DNA of 64,000 bases from Eledone cirrhosa (GCA_964016885.1 OZ024750.1:50468001-50532000), one strand, 5' to 3'; counted from the stretch's first letter, positions 23,530 through 39,036 are shown. A program made the numbers and translations. The notes: generated from the sequence alone by a model not told the origin.

Positions 23530-26500
23530 GTGTATTTGTATGTGCGTTTGTATGTGTTTGTATATGCACTTGTATGTGTATTTGTATGTGTTTGTATATG
23601 TGCTTGTATGTGTGTTTGTATGTGTTTGTATATGGGCTTGTATGTGTGTTTGAATGTGTTTGTATATGTACTTGTATGTGTGTTTGTATGTGTTTGTATA
23701 TGCACTTGTATGTGTGTTTGTATGTGTTTGTATATGTGCTTGTATGTGTGTTTGAATGTGTTTGTATATGCACTTGTATGTGTGTTTGAATGTGTTTGTA
23801 TATGTACTTGTATGTGCGTTTGTATGTGCTCCTATATGTACTTGTATGTGTGTTTGAATGTGTTTCTATATGTACTTGTATGGGTGTTTGTATGTGTTTG
23901 TATATGTACTTGTATGTGTTTGAATGTGTTTGTATATGCACTTGTATGTGCGTTTGTATGTGTTTGTATATGTACTTGTATGTGCGTTTGTATGTGCTCC
24001 TATATGTACTTGTATGTGTGTTTGAATGTGTTTCTATATGTACTTGTATGGGTGTTTGTATGTGTTTGTATATGTACTTGTATGTGTTTGAATGTGTTTG
24101 TATATGCACTTGTATGTGTGTTTGAATGTGTTTGTATATGTACTTGTATGTGTGTTTGTATGTGTTTGTATATGTACTTGTATGTGCGTTTGTATGTGCT
24201 CCTATATGTACTTGTATGTGTGTTTGAATGTGTTTCTATATGTACTTGTATGTGCGTTTGTATGTGTTTGTATATGTACTTGTATGTGCGTTTGTATGTG
24301 TTTGTATATGTACTTGTATGTGCGTTTGTATGTGCTCCTATATGTACTTGTATGTGCGTTTGTATGTGTTTGTATATGTACTTGTATGTGTGTTTGTATG
24401 TGTTTGTATATGTACTTGTATGTGCGTTTGTATGTGTTTGTATATGTACTTGTATGTGTGTTTGAATGTGTTTGTATATGTACTTGTATGTGTTTGAATG
24501 TGTTTGTATATGCACTTGTATGTGTGTTTGTATGTGTTTCTATATGTACTTGTATGTGTGTTTGAATGTGTTTCTATATGTACTTGTATGTGTGTTTGAA
24601 TGTGTTTGTATATGTACTTGTATGTGCGTTTGTATGTGTTTGTATATGTACTTGTATGGGTGTTTGTATGTGTTTGTATATGTACTTGTATGTGCGTTTG
24701 TATGTGTTTGTATATGTACTTGTATGTGCGTTTGTATGTGCTCCTATATGTACTTGTATGTGCGTTTGTATGTGTTTGTATATGTACTTGTATCTGCGTT
24801 TGTATGTGTTTGTATATGTACTTGTATGTGTGTTTGAATGTGTTTGTATATGTACCTGTATGTGTTTGAATGTGTTTGTATATGCACTTGTATGTGTGTT
24901 TGTATGTGTTTCTATATGTACTTGTATGTGTGTTTGAATGTGTTTGTATATGTACTTGTATGTGCGTTTGTATGTGTTTGTATATGTACTTGTATGTGCG
25001 TTTCTATGTGTTTGTATATGTACTTGTATGTGTGTTTGAATGTGTTTGTATATGCACTTGTATGTGTGTTTGAATGTGTTTGTATATGTACTTGTATGTG
25101 TTTGAATGTGTTTGTATATGCACTTGTATGTGTGTTTGTATGTGTTTGTATATGTACTTGGATGTGTGTTTGAATGTGTTTATATATGTACTTGTATGTG
25201 CGTTTGTGTGTGTTTGTATATGCACTTGTATGTGTGTTTGAATGTGTTTATATATGTACTTGTATGTGTATTTGAATGTGTTTGTATATGCACTTGTATG
25301 TGTGTTTGAATGTGTTTGTATATGTACTTGGATGTGTGTTTGAATGTGTTTGTATATGTACTTGTATGTGCGTTTGTATGTGTTTGTATATGCACTTGTA
25401 TGTGTGTTTGAATGTGTTTATATATGTACTTGTATGTGTATTTGAATGTGTTTGTATATGCACTTGTATGTGTGTTTGAATGTTTTTGTATATGTACTTG
25501 TATGTGCGTTTGTATGTATTTGTATATGTACTTGTATGTGTGTTTGAATGTGTTTCTATATGTACCTGCATGTGTGTTGGTATGTGTTTCTATATGCACT
25601 TGTATGTGCGCTTGTATGTGTTTGTATATGCACTTGTATGTGCGTGTGTATGTGTTTCTATATGTACTTGTATGTGCGTTTGTATGCGTTTGTATATGTA
25701 CTTGTATGTGCGCTTGTATGTGTTTGTATATGCACTTGTATGTGGGTTTGTATGTGTTTGTATATGTACATGTAGGTGCGTTTGTATGAGTTTGTATATG
25801 TACTTGTATGTGCGTTTGTATGTGTTTGTATATGTACTTGTATGTGCGCTTGTATGTGTTTGTATGTGCACTTGTATGATCGTTTGTATGTGTTTCTATA
25901 TGCACTTGTATGTGTGTTTGAATGTGTTTGTATATGTACTTGTATGTGTGTTTGTATGTGTTTCTATATGTACTTGTATGTGTGTTTGTATGTGTTTGTA
26001 TATGTACTTGTATGTGCGTTTCTATGTGTTTGTATATGTACTTGTATGGGCGTTTGTATATGTTTGTATATGTGCTTGTATGTGTGTTTGAATGTGTTTG
26101 TATATGTACTTGTATGTGTGTTTGAATGTGTTTGTATATGCACTTGTATGTGTGTTTGTATGTGTTTCTATATGTACTTGTATGTGTGTTTGAATGTGTT
26201 TGTATATGTACTTGTATGTGCGTTTGTATGTGTTTGTATATGTACTTGTATGTGCGTTTCTATGTGTTTGTATATGTACTTGTATGTGTGTTTGAATGTG
26301 TTTGTATATGCACTTGTATGTGTGTTTGAATGTGTTTGTATATGTACTTGTATGTGTGTTTGAATGTGTTTGTATATGCACTTGTATGTGTGTTTGTATG
26401 TGTTTGTATATGTACTTGGATGTGTGTTTGAATGTGTTTGTATATGTACTTGTATGTGCGTTTGTATGTGTTTGTATATGCACTTGTATGTGTGTTTGAA

Positions 26501-28980
26501 TGTGTTTATATATGTACTTGTATGTGTATTTGAATGTGTTCGTATATGCACTTGTATGTGTGTTTGAATGTGTTTGTATATGTACTTGGATGTGTGTTTG
26601 AATGTGTTTGTATATGTACTTGTATGTGCGTTTGTATGTGTTTGTATATGCACTTGTATGTGTGTTTGAATGTGTTTATATATGTACTTGTATGTGTATT
26701 TGAATGTGTTTGTATATGCACTTGTATGTGTGTTTGAATGTTTTTGTATATGTACTTGTATGTGCGTTTGTATGTATTTGTATATGTACCTGTATGTGTG
26801 TTTGAATGTGTTTCTATATGTACCTGCATGTGTGTTGGTATGTGTTTCTATATGCACTTGTATGTGCGCTTGTATGTGTTTGTATATGCACTTGTATGTG
26901 CGTGTGTATGTGTTTCTATATGTACTTGTATGTGCGTTTGTATGCGTTTGTATATGTACTTGTATGTGCGCTTGTATGTGTTTGTATGTGCACTTGTATG
27001 ATCGTTTGTATGTGTTTCTATATGCACTTGTATGTGTGTTTGAATGTGTTTATATATGTACTTGTATGTGTGTTTGTATGTTTCTATATGTACTTGTATG
27101 TGTGTTTGTATGTGTTTGTATATGTACTTGTATGTGCGTTTCTATGTGTTTGTATATGTACTTGTATGGGCGTTTGTATATGTTTGTATATGTGCTTGTA
27201 TGTGTGTTTGAATGTGTTTGTATATGTACTTGTATGTGTGTTTGAATGTGTTTGTATATGCACTTGTATGTGTGTTTGTATGTGTTTGTATATGTACTTG
27301 TATGTGTGTTTGTATGTGTTTGTATATGTACTTGTATGTGCGTTTGTATGGGTTTGTATATGTACTTGTATGTGCGTTTGTATGTGTTTGTATATGCACT
27401 TGTATGTGCGTTTGTATGTGTTTCTATATGTACTTGTATGTGCGTTTGTATGTGTTTCTATATGTACTTGTATGTGCGTTTGTATGTGTTCCTATATGTA
27501 CTTGTATGTGTGTTTGTATGTGTTTGTATATGTACTTGTATGTGTGTTTGTATGTGTTTCTATATGCACTTGTATGTGTGTTTGAATGTGTTTGTATATG
27601 TACGTGCATGTGTGTTTGAATGTGTTTGTATATGTACTTGTATGTGCGTTTGTATGTGTTTGTATATGTACCTGTATGTGCGTTTGTATGTGTTTCTATA
27701 TGTACTTGTATGTGTGTTTGAATGTGTTTGTATATGTACTTGCATGTGTGTTTGAATGTGTTTGTATATGTACTTGTATGTGCGTTTGTATGTGTTTGTA
27801 TATGTACTTGTATGTGCGTTTCTATGTGTTTGTATATGTACTTGTATGTGTGTTTGAATGTGTTTGTATATGCACTTGTATGTGTGTTTGAATGTGTTTG
27901 TATATGTACTTGTATGTGTGTTTGAATGTGTTTGTATATGCACTTGTATGCGTGTTTGAATGTGTTTGTATATGTACTTGTATGTGCGTTTGTATGTGTT
28001 TGTATATGCACTTGTATGTGTGTTTGAATGTGTTTATATATGTACTTGTATGTGTATTTGAATGTGTTTGTATATGCACTTGTATGTGTGTTTGAATGTG
28101 TTTGTATATGTACTTGTATGTGCGTTTGTATGTATTTGTATATGTACTTGTATGTGTGTTTGAATGTGTTTCTATATGTACCTGCATGTGTGTTGGTATG
28201 TGTTTCTATATGCACTTGTATGTGCGCTTGTATGTGTTTGTATATGCACTTGTATGTGCGTGTGTATGTGTTTCTATATGTACTTGTATGTGCGTTTGTA
28301 TGCGTTTGTATATGTACTTGTATGTGCGCTTGTATGTGTTTGTATATGCACTTGTATGTGGGTTTGTATGTGTTTGTATATGTACTTGTAGGTGCGTTTG
28401 TATGTGTTTGTATATGCACTTGTATGTGCGTTTGTATGTGTTTGTATATGTACTTGTATGTGCGCTTGTATGTGTTTGTATGTGCACTTGTATGTTCGTT
28501 TGTATGTGTTTCTATATGCACTTGTATGTCTGTTTGAATGTGTTTGTATATGTACTTGTATATGTGTTTGAATGTGTTTCTATATGTACTTGTATGTGCG
28601 TTTGTATGTGTTTGTATATGCACTTGTATGTGTGTTTGAATGTGTTTGTATATGTACTTGTATGTGTGTTTGAATGTGTTTCTATATGCACTTGTATGTG
28701 TGTTTGAATGTGTTTGTATATGTACTTGTATGTGCGTTTGTATGTGTTTGTATATGCACTTGTATGTGCGTTTGTATGTGTTTGTATATGTACTTGTATG
28801 TGCGTTTGTATGTGTTTGTATATGCACTTGTATGTGTGTTTGAATGTGTTTGTATATGTATTTGTATGTGTGTTTGAATGTGTTTCTATATGCACTTGTA
28901 TGTGCGTTTGAATGTGTTTCTATATGCACTTGTATGTGCGTTTGTATGTGTTTGTATATGTACTTGTATGTGTGTTTGAG
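23530..28980. repeat. 34-bp satellite (TGTATGTGYGTTTGWATGTGTTTGTATATGYACT), about 160 units
   Basis: Direct periodicity; source of the many spurious ORFs at 23-29 kb. Confidence 0.97.
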
Positions 28981-29302
28981 AGTGAGTGTACATGTATCAT
29001 GCTTGTTTTGTACAGGGCAAAGACAATTTGATTTGTGTTAGAGTCAATCACACCATGTTCTCTCATTTCGGTCTGTGGAACTTTCTGGAAACTTTACAAT
29101 AGATGCCCATGGTGTATCTCATAAATTTAGTATCATTGAATATACCTTGTGTAGTTGATAGCCTTGCATGTATCCCACGAGGCTTTGTGGAAGGGAAAAA
29201 TAAATAATGGTCGTTCACGTGATACTGTTAAATATCTCCTATCAGCTAAAATGCATATTGGACGACATTCAGTACACTCATGGTGTTGTTGATACTGTTG
29301 AT

Positions 29303-29369
<67 letters not shown>

Positions 29370-29382
29370 TGTTGTTGTTGTT

Positions 29383-29438
<56 letters not shown>
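29303..29438. repeat. (TAG)n/(TTG)n trinucleotide repeat
   Basis: Read directly from the sequence. Confidence 0.97.
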
Positions 29439-29439
<1 letters not shown>

Positions 29440-29563
29440 ATTTACACACTTGACTATACTTCTTTATTGTCTCTATGTAATTTAAAGCATTGTTTGAAAA
29501 CATTAGTCGTGTTAACGTATGGAATTAATAAACCAAGATTTCACACGACACTGAAATGTGTTT

Positions 29564-29725
<162 letters not shown>

Positions 29726-29824
29726 ATGAATGAAGTAATTCCGTCGGAAAAGTCCAGGAAAAAAGAGTGCTCTATGTAGGTAACAGAGCTTAATAGTTAT
29801 GTAATAAACAACATAAGGCAATTA

Positions 29825-29884
29825 CTCCATCTACCAGTGGTTTCTTAAAAGCAAAAGATTTTGCTTTCAATCCTCAGAATGAAA
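29825..29884 (-). ncRNA. Type I hammerhead ribozyme (antisense copy of 30179-30238)
   Basis: Reverse complement with two substitutions in the 3' arm of stem I (GATGGAG), both still able to pair as G.U. Confidence 0.8.
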
Positions 29885-30178
29885 AAATCCTGGTCTGTTT
29901 ATTGAATTTGGATTACATAACTATTAAGCTCTGTTACCTACATACGGCACTCTTTTTTCCTGGACTTTTCCGACGGAATTACTTCATTCATAAGGCTCCA
30001 ATCGGGATTGATTGAAGCATATTCTATATTACATATACGATTGGCACTTTCCAACCCGATTAGTTGAGCACTCTACAGTTTTCAGGAATTTAACCAACAT
30101 ACACCATGGACCTTTATGAATTGGATTATTCAATCAAGGTTTTTTTAAATCCAAATTCAATAAACAGACCAGGATTTT

Positions 30179-30238
30179 TTTCATTCTGAGGATTGAAAGC
30201 AAAATCTTTTGCTTTTAAGAAACCACTGGTAAATGGAA
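30179..30238 (+). ncRNA. Type I hammerhead ribozyme
   Basis: TTTCATT-CTGAGGA-TTGAAAGCAAAA tc TTTTGCTTTTAA-GAAA CC act GG TA-AATGGAA. Full core, GUA triplet. Confidence 0.88.
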
Positions 30239-30262
30239 TAATTGCCTTATGTTGTTTATTAC

Positions 30263-30365
<103 letters not shown>

Positions 30366-30392
30366 TATATACATATATATATGCATACATAT

Positions 30393-30573
<181 letters not shown>

Positions 30574-30673
30574 CATATACATATATATAAATATGTATAT
30601 ATATATACATATATATACATATATATATATATACACATATATATATATATATATATAATTGGAAATCAGTAAA

Positions 30674-30729
<56 letters not shown>

Positions 30730-30730
<1 letters not shown>

Positions 30731-32381
30731 TTACGGTAAACATTGATGCAATTCAAATCAAGCACTCAACGTACGTATTCCACATAGGAGTGACGGAGTA
30801 AATATCGAATAAGGAAAAGCGAAGTAGTTTCTGATGTTTAAGTCCTCTAATAATAATGCTGTGATATATATTTCAATGGCGAAAGTGGCCACACTGTTCT
30901 GTGGGCCAGTCTCGCGACATAGTCAGACAGCTTGTTACATAATAAGATTATGTTTCCGAGCCAATCCAAATTGAATCGTAATTGGAACGGACGAAGTATG
31001 TGCTTTTGGGTTCTTCATCCGTTCCCCTGTGAGTACCAATTCACCCCCACTGGTCTGCGCAGGCGCAGGTCCAGGGGGAAGTTGACCATTAGCTACCGCA
31101 GATTTAAACGAAATTCGCTTAGTCAGTTCCCTCTCTCAGCCAGACAATGACCCATTCAAGCCTGCACCATAGTTTACTGCTACCCATCCCGTCTGTGGCA
31201 ATCAGCCGAAAGCCAGTGGGGATGGGAGAGTGTTAGTATTTTCAGGTCTCTTTACTACCTCTCACAATCATGGACAGTATAACTGACTATCAACCCCTAA
31301 GAGGGTATATTTAATTCTATGTATCGTAGTTTCATATGGGAAGTTATAAGTGAAATTAGAACTAAAAATTACAATTTAAAATCAAAAATCCTAAATCAAA
31401 TATCAGAAATTATAAATTAAAAAATTAACAATTAGAAATTAAACAATTAAAGATTTTTCAAGTGAGAACCCGGGTTGAGGTGAGTAAAAAAATTATAGAT
31501 TGAAGTGAGTAAATAATATGCAAAGAGATGTTTAAGTAAGAAGTTCTGAAAAGGGTCTAATGTTGCAGTTATACTATCTACATACTGAACGATGCTGCCG
31601 TACAGTAGAACTGAGGCTAAATTACAGTATTACGGGTAGTAGTCAATCGGGTACATAGTCGTAATTTCCATCACATGGAAGAAAACCAACAAAAACATAT
31701 ATAAAGTACACAAAAGAAAAGAACCAATGAATGAATAAATGAATGAATGAATAAGTGAATGAATGAATGAATGAATGCAAAAACACAGAGTACATATATG
31801 CAAAATGATCCATATTATTGTCAGTTTGTCCCTGTATAGGTTGAATTGAGAGGGCTTCTGTTCAAATGCGATTTGGTGCAGAAAAAAATATGGGTTTATC
31901 TTTGTTTCCTCGTATTTATCCAGTGTCAGGGGTTTCCATCCCCATGGTAGAGGGAATTTCCAGGGGTAGCTCATAGAGCGCTCAACTAATTTTTACAACT
32001 AAATTCTTAGGGTAAACATTAATGCAATTCAAATCCAGCACTCAACGTACGTATTCCACATAGGAGTGACGGAGTAAATATCGAATAAGGAAAAGCGAAG
32101 TAGTTTCTGATGTTCAAGTCCTTTAATAATAAAGGTGTGATATATATTTCAATGGCGAAAGTTGCCACACTGTTCTGTGGGCCAGTCTCGCGACATCGTC
32201 AGACAGATTGTTACGTTATATAGATTGCCTCGGAAACATAACCTTATTATGTAACAATCTGTCTGACTATGTCGCGAGACTGGCCCACAGAACAGTGTGG
32301 CCACTTTCGCCATTGAAATATATATCACAGCATTATTATTAAAGTACTTGAACATCAGAAACTACTTCGCTTTTCCTTATT
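30730..32381. mobile_element. Direct plus inverted repeat cluster, PLE-type terminus with HHR 3' half
   Basis: 30735-30938 is repeated directly at 32011-32214, and 32083-32214 is inverted against 32251-32381. GAAAC ATAA...TTAT GTA ACAA lies at 32233-32257 (+) and about 30932-30956 (-). Confidence 0.65.
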
Positions 32382-32398
32382 CTCTCTCTCTCTCTCTC

Positions 32399-33180
<782 letters not shown>

Positions 33181-33196
33181 ATATATATATAGAACT

Positions 33197-33452
33197 ATAA
33201 AATAAAGTACCAGTAACATACTGGTTAATTTCTGGCCTTGTGCCAAATTAGAAACAATTATTCTTAATTGGCCGTATCGCTAGAGGGTCGGACGCCATGC
33301 TTTGCAGCAAACTGTTACGGCCCTTTATGGTCTGCGTTCATATTGCGCCGGGGTTAACTTTGCCTTTCATCCTTTCCGGGGTCGATAAAATAAGGTACCA
33401 GTAATGCACTGGGATAATTGCGGGCCCTGTGCCAAAAGTAGAAATAATTATT
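33197..33452 (+). mobile_element. SINE family A: truncated 3' half followed by a full copy
   Basis: Matches the family consensus. Confidence 0.85.
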
Positions 33453-33704
33453 CTTAAAGTCCAGAGCTGAGAATCATTCTGTCTCCAAAATAGAATATTA
33501 GTCTAATCTCTTCATTTATACCATAAACGTGTGTTTGGCTTTGCGTGAAATTGTTCTCTTCTCTCATAGCGACGTATTATCTTCGCTTTTTTCCAATCAT
33601 TTCCAGGGAACGTCTTCACGAACTAAAGAATCTTCTTCCTGGTTTCGTTCGGTTGCAACGTTTTTCTACATATTTACATCTGCGTTCACAGATTGATTTT
33701 TTTT

Positions 33705-33755
33705 AGTTTCAGAAGATCCCGTTAAGGATGAACGCATCGATTCTTCGCTGAAACT
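33705..33755 (+). ncRNA. Hammerhead-like motif, CAGAAGA-core family (decayed), in a PLE 3' end at about 33670-33780
   Basis: AGTTT CAGAAGA TCCC GTTAA GGAT GAAC GCA...CGC TG AAACT. Confidence 0.45.
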
Positions 33756-33790
33756 TTAATCTGTTATTTTAATAAATATTTGCTCTACCG

Positions 33791-33859
<69 letters not shown>

Positions 33860-33860
<1 letters not shown>

Positions 33861-34893
33861 TAACACGACGCTGTGTGCTTTGTGAGTTATAAGTGGATTA
33901 GTTATTAGCGGGTTACGTCACCGAATGACGTAATGCCCGGCAAGTATATAAATGCGATCTCGGCTCTTTAGCCGTTAGATATTTTTCTATCGGGCTATTT
34001 GAAACAGAGCCTCAATTGTAGGCCGTCAAGCGATGTGCACAGGATAACAAACAAACTTTAAGTCTTGTCAGCCAGGGGTAAACTCCATCAGAAGCATTAG
34101 GAATACTGCAATAAGTGTACATAAATGAGACATGTCGCGATCATGAGGTTTCGAGTGGCACAAGAGGGATATAGGACGTGGAAGACGACCTACTGAGCTG
34201 AATGCCTTTTGCGGACTGGACTGAGTTCTAGGTTGAGAGTGTGAGGCAGGTGGTGCTGCGAGGACGTATACAGACTGTTCGACTGATCGCAAATGAGTTG
34301 GACATGAAGATGTGGGCAGGCGGAATATCTGTAAGAAGACGGTGCCGAAGTTGCTGAACGATGACCAGAAGAAGTAGTGCGGCAAGGAGTGTCAGGACAA
34401 CAACGAGCGTCATGAGACTGAACTAGAATTGTTAGGGAAACGCTTCACCAGTGAGGAGTCATGGATATTTGAGTTGACCCGTTTTCTTGACATAGAAGCC
34501 ATCAAAAGGGCCACGACAATGGTGCTGTGGAAAATCTCGGGAGAATCCTTCCGTGAGAGCATGGCGGCGAGGCGGTGAATGATGGAAAAAATGTATTAGA
34601 CTGGAGTGGTATTTTTTCGGACGGTGGATTGGCAGTATCGGTAGAGGGTCGGATGCCATGCTTTCCAGCATAGTTACGTCCCTTTACGATCTGAGTTCAA
34701 ATCCCGCCGAGGTTGACTTTGCCTTTCATCCTTACGGGGTCGATAAAATAAAGTACCAGTAATGCACTGAGTAATTGCTGGCCTTGTGCCTAAAGTAGAA
34801 ACAATTATTTCGAAAAGGAAAACTTGTAGTTTGTAGTTTAGATTAGAAATACTTTTTGCGACCTCGGGGTTGCATCCTTTCTGGCAAACCTCG
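33860..34893 (+). mobile_element. Mariner transposase relic with 3' TIR, interrupted by a SINE
   Basis: 34303-34473 reads HEDVGRRNICKKTVPKLLNDDQKK*...RFTSEESWIFE (mariner WVP..L and TGDESW motifs). The TIR-like end ...CTTTCTGGCAAACCTCG is followed by TA. Confidence 0.8.
34623..34810 (+). mobile_element. SINE family A
   Basis: A-box-like TGGCAGTATCGG, B-box GTTCAAATCC, conserved centre and ATTATT tail. Confidence 0.9.
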
Positions 34894-34901
34894 TATATAT
34901 A

Positions 34902-35088
34902 ATAGAAAAAAACAAGGAAGCTTCGTTTACGCATGAAAAATATTTATTGCTTATCCACCTGTTAGGTGTGAGTCGGGTCCATCAGTATTATGGGCCACTT
35001 TGAGCCAATCGTCTGCGAAACTCGCGTAACGGGTCGATACGCAATAGATATTTTACATATGTAAACGAAACTTTCTCGTGTTTTCTAT
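34902..35088. repeat. Old fold-back with HHR 3' half (GAAAC TCGC GTA)
   Basis: Arms about 34902-34963 and 35027-35088. Confidence 0.55.
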
Positions 35089-36716
35089 TGTATACACTAA
35101 GCCTGTTCATAGCGTACTGGACTTGGTACCAACGCCAGTATGTAACCGTACTACCTACACTATATATATATATATTTTTATTTAGTTCTGGTAGTTTAAA
35201 TCGTATCCATTAGCTGCTATATTTTCTTATCTTTTTTGTTTAGGTTCTATTTGATTACCATCATCTTTATTATTATTAGTTTTTTTCAACTTTTCGATTT
35301 TAGTTTCCATAGTCTTTTGGCTACCATACCCTATCTATCGTCTTAAGCATTATTATAGTTTCACTACTAACACCTTATGGTTTTATATTTTATTAAATAC
35401 TTTGGTTGGAGTCTCATTCAACTAATGTACCTCCTCCTCTACACACTTAATCCGCCCCTTCTATTATACTATTTATAAATTTCACCTTTATGCTCCCTTT
35501 ATGATATATAATATATGAATTTACTTTTATGCTCCTTCCTATCCTCCATAACCTCTCTTCTTTCTGTTCCCATTGGTCTACCATAGTTCTATTTAGAGTC
35601 CTTTTATTTGATAACGTTATTCGAATGAACGAAACATATTTTACTCTATTCTTGATAATTTTATTGAGATATCTTAAACTTATAAGGTTTTGATGACTTA
35701 AACCCTAGCTAATTTTGAAGTGACTAAATATGTATTTTAAATACTTTTAATATTAATTAATTTAATAAGGTTTTCTAGTCAACTCTCTGGTCTACATTTC
35801 TATCTTTTTTCTTTTACTTAACCGCTCGTGACACCTAAGTAAATATACTTGTTTTTGTTTTTCGATCTTCGATTTATTTTATTTATTATTTTACTACCAC
35901 ACGCTCTTTGTCTGACAATGTAATTTCATTAATATATGTCTGTATGTCAACCACGTAAATATATTTTGTAATATTTTGTGATATTTTGGTAATATTTATG
36001 CCAATGTATAATGACTTGACCTCCGTGTATTTGTTACAATGGTATAGATACTTTGTCAACACAATTTTTTCAACACTATTTAGTTCTATATGATTTTTTC
36101 TTACCCTGTGTAAAACTTTTTACTATTTGTTAACCTTGAATTATATATATGATGTAATTTTGTATATCTTTTGATGCCAATATATTATAATATTGTTAAT
36201 ATAATGTTATTATAATGTTTCTATATTGTTTATGCACACTGACAGGGAATTATATATTATATTTTATTTTTATTTTTATCTTTATTCTTATTTTTATCCT
36301 TATTATATTATACTGTAAACAATGTATATATATGTATTTAAATACTTAATAAGTGTTAGTTTGTGTTTGTACTAATGTGTATATGTATTGAGATATATAT
36401 ATATATATATATAAATATATTAAGCTTTTTATTATCACCATCTATTATATTATATTATATTCTATATCGTACTGTAATTCTCGCATTATATAACCATTTG
36501 TGTTTCAAATTTTTGCATTATATAATATTTGCAATGTGGGTTCAACGTGTTAATCACTTCCTTGCTATTTGGTCCATATCTATGTTTGTAACTGATCACT
36601 CTTAATCTTAGCCAACTTTTCCTTAATATCTTTCCTAAGCTTTAATAGATGTATACTCCATATTCTTCTGAGTTTTTGGCTTGTATTGGCCGATAGTGCT
36701 TCTTGTAGCTCTACTT

Positions 36717-36754
36717 GCCCTGATGAGTCCTTAATAGGACGAAACATTGTTGGC
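36717..36754 (+). ncRNA. Minimal type I hammerhead ribozyme near the 3' end of an AT-rich insert (about 35170-36910)
   Basis: GCC-CTGATGA-GTCC ttaata GGAC-GAAAC-ATT-GTT-GGC, then AATAAA at 36756. Confidence 0.8.
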
Positions 36755-36924
36755 TAATAAAGACTTTTGATGTATTGAAGGCTTCTTTGGTTTATTTTTT
36801 TATAATTCTTCGGCTCTGTTTAATTACATTGAGCTATATCTTATACTGTCATTTCTATAATATGAAGAGTGTGTTTAACTCCAACACACTCTAGTATTTT
36901 AATTCTTATATATATATATATATA

Positions 36925-37274
36925 TATAAACGTTTGTATATGTATAATAAAGCCAAATCAATGCAGGTATCGACATAGAATAGAGAATGCAAATGCAAAA
37001 GATATTGTTGACGATTAGTCTTTTACCTTAGATTTATTTAAATGTCCTAAATTTTCGAGATAATATCTCTTCTTCAGAGGGAAGTAAAGCTGTTAAACCA
37101 GTGTTCTAAATAGCTTGCCCTCTGAAGAAGAGATATTATCTCGAAAATTTAGGACATTTAAATAAATCTAAGGTAAAAGACTAATTGTCAACAATATCTT
37201 TTGCATTTGCATTCTTTATTCTATGTCCATACCTGCATTGTTTTGGCTTTATTATACATATACAAACGTTTATA
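36925..37274. mobile_element. Fold-back PLE-type terminus with degenerate HHR in both arms
   Basis: Arms 36925-37081 and 37118-37274. 37117-37155 reads GCCCT CTGAAGA A GAGAT att ATCTC GAAA ATTT AGGAC then AATAAA; stem III is too short. Confidence 0.7.
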
Positions 37275-37499
37275 CCTCATTACACAATGCTTCAAGTGAA
37301 CTATAACCTCCTCCATAACGGGAGGAGTAGTTGGCTTTGATAAGCATCAATAAACGCAGAAACAAGGCCTTGTCAGCTTTATCTCCCACTGTTTGCTGAA
37401 ATTAAAGTGAGTCTGTCACTACTCTAAAACAATAGCATAAGGTCTTCAAAATGCTTTTTATTAAGCATACAGTGTATTGCAAAATACACTATATATACA

Positions 37500-37567
<68 letters not shown>

Positions 37568-38548
37568 TCCTTATTTATTTCTCCGTGAGTTGAAATATCA
37601 GAATTGCTCGTTAATGTAAACTTTTCAAATCTGTAGTTGTAGAATTTCCATTCCTACTTCATAATAAATTGGAACTAAGGAACACAATGCATACTTTGCA
37701 TTTTTCAGCATACTCCAAAAGTCAAACCTCTCAATATGTTTAAACACAATTAACTACATATATTATATATTTTAACATTGCGATCAACTTTTCTTCATGT
37801 TAATTTTTTTTTTCGTTATTAGTTTCCATTAATAATTGTTGTTGCTGTTGTTGCTGCTGCTGTTCTTCCCGTTGTTGTTGTTGTTGTTGTTGTTGTTTGC
37901 GGCGGTGGCGTATTTCTTCCATTTCTCCTTGAATATATATAGAATTATAGGAATTTTTGTTCAATTTATTACCGAAATTTGCAACCGGCTCCCTTTCTTT
38001 ATTTTTCTACCTGATAAGCCTCTGGCAAATGCATTTATAACATTATTGGTAAATTTACATGGAACCTATTAGAAAATAAAATATGAATTTATGCCTTGAG
38101 GAACTTTCAAATTATAGTTGAAAATACAATATTCAACGAAAAAGTTTCCTTTTTCTGGTTGGACTACCAACTAGAAGTAATATTCAAATTCCTTATCCCA
38201 CTACCTCCTAAATTAGGAAAGTTAACATTGGGTACTTTGGGTTTAGAAATAGTATCTTTATAAAATAGATGGTCATGGATAGACGGATTTGGCCATTTTA
38301 TTTATCATTGAGAGGTCTGGACACGTAGTATGTCTTGAATATCTTAAATCTGGCGTTAGTCCATGCCTCCCCAGTTTGGAACACAGCCGATTTCTCCCAG
38401 ATATAGAATGAACTAGAGGAAAAAGAACTAAAGGAAATAGAGGAAGAAGCATCTCCTGTACTGAGCTGGTACTTTATTTCTCCAGCAGGAAATGATGAGA
38501 GGCAAAGTTGACTTTGGCGGTATGTCACCCCAGAATACATTGAAGTTA

Positions 38549-38670
38549 AGGCACGTGGCCAAGTGATACGAATGTTGGACTTACGATCATTATTACGTGG
38601 GTTCGATTCCTGCACTGGGTTGTGTGTTGCCTTCTTGTGCCAAACACTTCATTTCACGTTGCTCCATTAT
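38549..38670 (+). mobile_element. tRNA-derived SINE, family B
   Basis: TGGCCAAGTG A-box, GGTTCGATTCC B-box, then ACACTTCATTTCACGTTGCTCC. Same family as 56809. Confidence 0.75.
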
Positions 38671-39036
38671 ACTCAACGGACGACGAATACCAGCAATAGC
38701 TGGCGGAAGATTTAAATCTTCTAAGAATTGGCGTCCTCGTTTGTACTCTGCTCCACGGAAACCGGGATAAGTACCGGCCTGCTTGAGATAGACTTCAGAA
38801 TTCACTTTGAGACACCGAGATATATTTAATGCCCGGTATTTTTAATCAGATGTTTTAACAACTCTTCTAATTCCCCAGCTTCCTTTATCATAGTTCTTCT
38901 AATCAATATAGATACCACATTAAAACCTTCAACACTCAATTACTGAAAATGTCTAAAGATATGATCAGGAGTTGACAATATAAATGAGATAGAAATACAG
39001 CTTCATTATTTTAACTTTGCCATAATTTTACCTTAT

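Noticed and set aside
23223-29041. Long ORFs up to 501 aa rich in H/T/Y or C/V/M
   Set aside because: Read-throughs of the 34-bp satellite, open in several frames on both strands.
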